The position numbers were made by a program, and so were the translations under genes. The notes beneath the pieces were generated by a model. It did no database searches, was not told the origin of the DNA, and saw nothing but the letters and a program-made list of their open reading frames with translations. 64,000 nt of DNA from NCBI GenBank assembly GCA_964412585.1, contig CAYPPJ010000002.1:77720-141719 (forward strand). Direction: 5' to 3'. This document shows positions 60,566-64,000 of this stretch, one piece after another; positions within the stretch are counted from its first letter, which is position 1; each line of letters starts with the position of its first letter. Source of the DNA: an uncultured Candidatus Saccharibacteria bacterium. GTDB taxonomy: Bacteria; Patescibacteriota; Minisyncoccia; Phycocordibacterales; PALSA-1337.

Positions 60566-60910
60566 TTATTTTACCTTTGAAACTACTCGTGCAAATGTCT
60601 CGGGCTTGAATTCTGCGAGATGAGCCAGAATCTTGCGATCGAGCTCGATGTTCTTTTTCTTTGCTGCTCCGATAAACTTTGAGTATGAGAAGCCCAATGG
60701 ACGAAGGCCGGCATTGATCTTGACGTTGAAAAGACGGCGCATGTCACCCTTTTTGTCGCGGCGATGAGCGAGGGCGTATGCCCCAGCGTGTTGGAGGGCA
60801 TCAATAGCCATGCGCTCCTTCTTTGAGCGACCAAATCGGAAGCCCTTTGCGGCCTTGAGGATGGAACGGCGGTGTTTGAGGGCGTTTACTGCTTTCTTTA
60901 CACGGGTCAT
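60566..60910 (-). CDS. rplT: 50S ribosomal protein L20
   Basis: MTRVKK...AKGFRFGRS...HRRDKKGDMR...LDRKILA. Confidence 0.97.
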   Translation of the reverse strand: MTRVKKAVNALKHRRSILKAAKGFRFGRSKKERMAIDALQHAGAYALAHRRDKKGDMRRLFNVKINAGLRPLGFSYSKFIGAAKKKNIELDRKILAHLAEFKPETFARVVSKVK

Positions 60911-60920
60911 GGTAGTAGTT

Positions 60921-61001
60921 AAGTAATTAGTAATTAGTAACTAGTAATTAGAGAATGATGTGTTTGTTTTTCTAATCTCCAATTACTAGTTACTAATCTC
61001 T
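60921..61001 (-). repeat. Heptamer-repeat hairpin upstream of rplT
   Basis: TAGTAAY tandem arms forming an inverted repeat. Confidence 0.85.
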
Positions 61002-61007
61002 TATTGT

Positions 61008-61199
61008 TTATAAATTGACGAGGAATCGACTCTTGGCCTTATTGTCCATGTGAATGGTATTCATACGGCGCTTGTTGGTGCTGGTGCGAGTTCGCTCACG
61101 TGCGTTGAAGTGGTTTTGGCCAGCCTTGCGCGACAAAATCTTGCCATTTTTGGTGACCTTGAGACGCTTGAGATATGATTTGGTGGTTTTGATACTCAT
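61008..61199 (-). CDS. rpmI: 50S ribosomal protein L35
   Basis: KTTKSYLKRLKVTKNGKI...GQNHFN; located between infC and rplT. Confidence 0.93.
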   Translation of the reverse strand: MSIKTTKSYLKRLKVTKNGKILSRKAGQNHFNARERTRTSTNKRRMNTIHMDNKAKSRFLVNL

Positions 61200-61203
61200 A
61201 AAT

Positions 61204-61285
61204 TTAGTAATTAGTAACTGGTAATTGGTAATTAGAGAATCGCAAGCCGTACCTTCTAATTACTATTTACTAGTTACTAATCTCT
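61204..61285 (-). repeat. Heptamer-repeat hairpin upstream of rpmI
   Basis: TAGTAAY/TGGTAAT tandem arms forming an inverted repeat. Confidence 0.85.
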
Positions 61286-61291
61286 ATGTGA

Positions 61292-61801
61292 TTACTTCTT
61301 TTCTATAACAATACTCAATCCCTTCGGTCCTTTGGTTACGTCCTGCGCGACCTTGTATTCGACGGTCACGAGCTTGAGGAGGCGTTCGAGACGTTCCTTA
61401 AGAAAGTTGAGGTCCATATACTTGGATCGTCCGATGAGGAAGAGGTCTATCTTGACTCGATTACCTTCGCCGAGCCATTCTGAGACTCGCTTGGCCTTGA
61501 GTTCGAGGTCATGCTCGCCAGTTCCAATCTTGACTTGAACTATCTTGAGTTCACTGGTCTGGACTTTGGCTTTGGCAGCTTTCTCCTTCTTCTTTTCATC
61601 GTACAGGTACTTTCCATAATCCATTATCTTCGCAACCGGGGGAATAGCGGTCGGGGAGATTTCGATCAGGTCCAGAGTGCGCTTTTGGGCTTCTGCAAGG
61701 GCGACAGAGAGGGTGATAACACCGAGATTTTCTCCTTCGGCTGTTATAACGCGCAACTCAGGCGCTTTTATCTGATGATTTATTTTGACTCGAATGGCCA
61801 A
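61292..61801 (-). CDS. infC: Translation initiation factor IF-3 (non-ATG start: TTG 61801 or ATT 61795)
   Basis: INHQIKAPELRVI, PPVAKIMDYGKY, GEHDLELK. Confidence 0.95.
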   Translation of the reverse strand: MAIRVKINHQIKAPELRVITAEGENLGVITLSVALAEAQKRTLDLIEISPTAIPPVAKIMDYGKYLYDEKKKEKAAKAKVQTSELKIVQVKIGTGEHDLELKAKRVSEWLGEGNRVKIDLFLIGRSKYMDLNFLKERLERLLKLVTVEYKVAQDVTKGPKGLSIVIEKK

Positions 61802-61907
61802 GTGATTGGGATTACAGGGGTTATTTATAACATACAGCGCTGTATTCTGCAACCCGCGAGCCCTATCCACATTGCGGTTATATGAGGGTGGGGGGTACAA
61901 TAGAGGC

Positions 61908-62222
61908 ATGCCTGGCGAGTCAGTTCAATTCTCACAAACTAAACATCACCGCAAGTCGGTAGCAGCACTTGTTGTGGCGGTGGTCGTGTTTGGTATTATC
62001 ATTGCCAACTATTTGTCTTCTGACAAATCCCAGCAGGAAGTGCAAACATCAGTTAGGTCACAGACTCCACAAGAACGTCTGGTAGCAGTATTGGACGCCT
62101 CACCTGATGTGTCAGTTTCGGTAGATCAAAAAAATCGTGCTGTTAACGAATTGAAAAAAAGTCGAGCCACACTTTCAAATAGTCAAAAGTCAGACATTAT
62201 TAGCTCGTTACAAGAACGTTAA
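61908..62222 (+). CDS. Hypothetical single-pass membrane protein
   Basis: One TM helix; TACAAT 6 nt upstream of the ATG. Confidence 0.65.
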   Translation: MPGESVQFSQTKHHRKSVAALVVAVVVFGIIIANYLSSDKSQQEVQTSVRSQTPQERLVAVLDASPDVSVSVDQKNRAVNELKKSRATLSNSQKSDIISSLQER

Positions 62223-62232
62223 TATTTTTATT

Positions 62233-63216
62233 ATGAAATCAACATTTGTCTCTCGTGTTGCTACAACTGCAGGCCTTCTCCTGGGCGCATTTGCCTTGTC
62301 AGCTCTCGCTGCCACATGGACTGCTCCGACCGTACCAGCTCCTGGTGGCAATCCAGATGCCCCGATCAATGTTGGTAGTCTATTGCAGAACAAACTTGGC
62401 TGGCTTGGGGTGAAGGGACTCGTGACAACTGACCTTACACTTGCTACGGGTACTCCTGCAGTTGGCAAAGTGTTGACTGCTATTGATGCTTTGGGAAATG
62501 CAACATGGGCTACTCCGGCGGGAGGGAATGAGGGTAACTGGGAGACAGGCGAAATAACCTTGCCATGTCAGGCGTACGCATGGTCAACGAGTCAGAATGT
62601 CACATTCACCAAGATTTTCGCAGTTGCCCCTAAGATTATTACTCAACCTAAATGGGAACGATACACGGGTAATGAAAGTGCGGCATGGTGGGTGACAAAT
62701 GTCACTACGACCGGTTTTACTATGAATTATGGTACGCCGAATAGCGGTTCGTGTTATCCGTCGTCAGGTGGCAACGGTATAATGTGGGTTGCAGTAGGAC
62801 AGGGAAGCGGAGCGCCTTCTGGTGGACATGTGGCAAATAAGTTCACGACCAAGTACACAACACTTATGAGTGACCCAACTTTCTATTCATGGGTTGGGAA
62901 TTCTGGCATGCCTACCAGTGGGGGTAGTGACCGTGGATGGTATATTCGAACATCAGTTTCTCCGACACGATTCGCTGATACTGCCAACAGACTTTGTTCA
63001 TATTTTATGACTAACGGCACTGCCACTGTGTATTCAGGACAGTATACTGGTGGAGACTACGGTAGTGATAACAATAACACTGCTTATTACTGGAATACGG
63101 GCACGAATACGTGGTCATCGGAAGCACATGGTGACGACGGGTCTATCGATATCACATCATTGATTTGTGTCGGTGACGGTGTTCTCGATCGCGGAGTCAA
63201 GTTCTTGGCCCAATAA
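62233..63216 (+). CDS. Secreted fibre/adhesin-like protein with H-type-lectin-like domain
   Basis: Signal peptide, WTAPT.PAPGGN.DAPINVG, VLTAIDALGNATW, VTFTKIF..APKII...VTNVTTTGF. Confidence 0.7.
   Translation: MKSTFVSRVATTAGLLLGAFALSALAATWTAPTVPAPGGNPDAPINVGSLLQNKLGWLGVKGLVTTDLTLATGTPAVGKVLTAIDALGNATWATPAGGNEGNWETGEITLPCQAYAWSTSQNVTFTKIFAVAPKIITQPKWERYTGNESAAWWVTNVTTTGFTMNYGTPNSGSCYPSSGGNGIMWVAVGQGSGAPSGGHVANKFTTKYTTLMSDPTFYSWVGNSGMPTSGGSDRGWYIRTSVSPTRFADTANRLCSYFMTNGTATVYSGQYTGGDYGSDNNNTAYYWNTGTNTWSSEAHGDDGSIDITSLICVGDGVLDRGVKFLAQ
62305..62456 (+). repeat. 152-bp exact direct repeat (second copy 63318-63469)
   Basis: Identical by inspection; encodes the shared N-terminal mature segment. 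Confidence 0.92.
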
Positions 63217-63245
63217 TTATTGGTGATATCTTAATTTTATTTACA

Positions 63246-63821
63246 ATGCGCTCTTCTCTTATTACCCGAGTTGTCACACTTGCCAGTCTCCTTGTTGGAG
63301 CTTTCGCGTTCTCTGCACTCGCTGCCACATGGACTGCTCCGACCGTACCAGCTCCTGGTGGCAATCCAGATGCCCCGATCAATGTTGGTAGTCTATTGCA
63401 GAACAAACTTGGCTGGCTTGGGGTGAAGGGACTCGTGACAACTGACCTTACACTTGCTACGGGTACTCCGTCAGCAGGTATGGTGCTTACTGCGCTCGAC
63501 AGTCTCGGTAATGCTGGGTGGGCTACACCGGCAGCTTCTTCTAATATGAGGTATGGTTCAGCAACACTAGCTTGCGCATCCTATCAACATCCAACAATAG
63601 GGACAGTTACTGTAACATTCTCACCAGTGCTTTCATCAGCTCCTTCAGCCGTCATAATCACTCCAAATTGGACAAATTACAGCGGCGATGAAGCACCGTC
63701 GTGGTGGGTAAGTAATGTAACAGCTAGTGGATTTAAGATTAATGTACAGACGACGGGGGAGAATCATTGTAGTGATCACCCAGGTACTGCCGACAAGGTG
63801 TTCTGGGCTGCCATGTACTGA
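63246..63821 (+). CDS. Paralogous fibre/adhesin-like protein with a different lectin-like C-terminus
   Basis: Same N-terminus; VTFSPVLSSAP...WWVSNVTASGFKI...VFWAAM. Confidence 0.7.
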   Translation: MRSSLITRVVTLASLLVGAFAFSALAATWTAPTVPAPGGNPDAPINVGSLLQNKLGWLGVKGLVTTDLTLATGTPSAGMVLTALDSLGNAGWATPAASSNMRYGSATLACASYQHPTIGTVTVTFSPVLSSAPSAVIITPNWTNYSGDEAPSWWVSNVTASGFKINVQTTGENHCSDHPGTADKVFWAAMY

Positions 63822-63862
63822 TTTTAACAAATTTATTCATAACGCTGGATTCTGTTTGTCCC

Positions 63863-64000
63863 ATGCTAAGCAGTGTTGCATTAATATTTTCTATCGTTCT
63901 ACTCATCCCTGGCATAGTGATGGCTCTAGTCCCCGGTCTTCCGGGGCTTTTGTATATGCTTGTGATTGCACTTGTCTTTGGATTTATTGACCAGTTTACG
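63863..64000 (+). CDS. DUF456-like membrane protein (partial)
   Basis: Manual translation MLSSVALIFSIVLLIPGIVMALVPGLPGLLYML; open to the window end. Confidence 0.6.
   Translation, partial: MLSSVALIFSIVLLIPGIVMALVPGLPGLLYMLVIALVFGFIDQFT

Noticed and set aside
62305-63469. 152-bp repeat pair as DGR template/variable repeats
   Set aside because: The copies are identical with no adenine-specific mismatches, they lie at the N-terminus, and no reverse transcriptase is in the window.

Overview
This is a 64-kb chromosomal segment of a Patescibacteria/CPR bacterium, most likely Parcubacteria. The lineage is inferred from the trigger factor lacking its PPIase domain, the K+-independent H+-PPase, the type IV pilus cluster, the expanded TrmB-like regulators and the CPR-type surface proteins. 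The left end carries DnaA boxes, six parS-like sites and four tRNAs, which suggests an origin-proximal region. Housekeeping genes include cca, hup, rny, clpP, rsmE, tig, hppA, nusA, tpiA, pgk, recJ, rnhA, sod, rpmB, rpsL, rpsG, fusA, adk, map, ndk, 6S RNA and infC-rpmI-rplT. The most notable observations are: (1) five dispersed head-to-head modules of a TrmB-like regulator and a membrane-anchored LivK-type binding protein, with no transporter and with candidate TGTC-N9-11-GACA operators; (2) an ORF6N gene inserted in the str operon whose promoter palindrome and in-gene palindrome share one architecture and encode the same peptide motif; (3) a heptamer-repeat hairpin family directly before three ribosomal-protein start codons; (4) a 43-bp, 11-bp-periodic element before both halves of a split comEC; (5) a diderm-type beta-barrel gene and a Gloeo_Verruco-repeat gene that may come from a host; (6) duplicated fibre/lectin cassettes; (7) widespread leaderless-type promoters. 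All protein family calls come from motif recognition by eye; no database searches were run.
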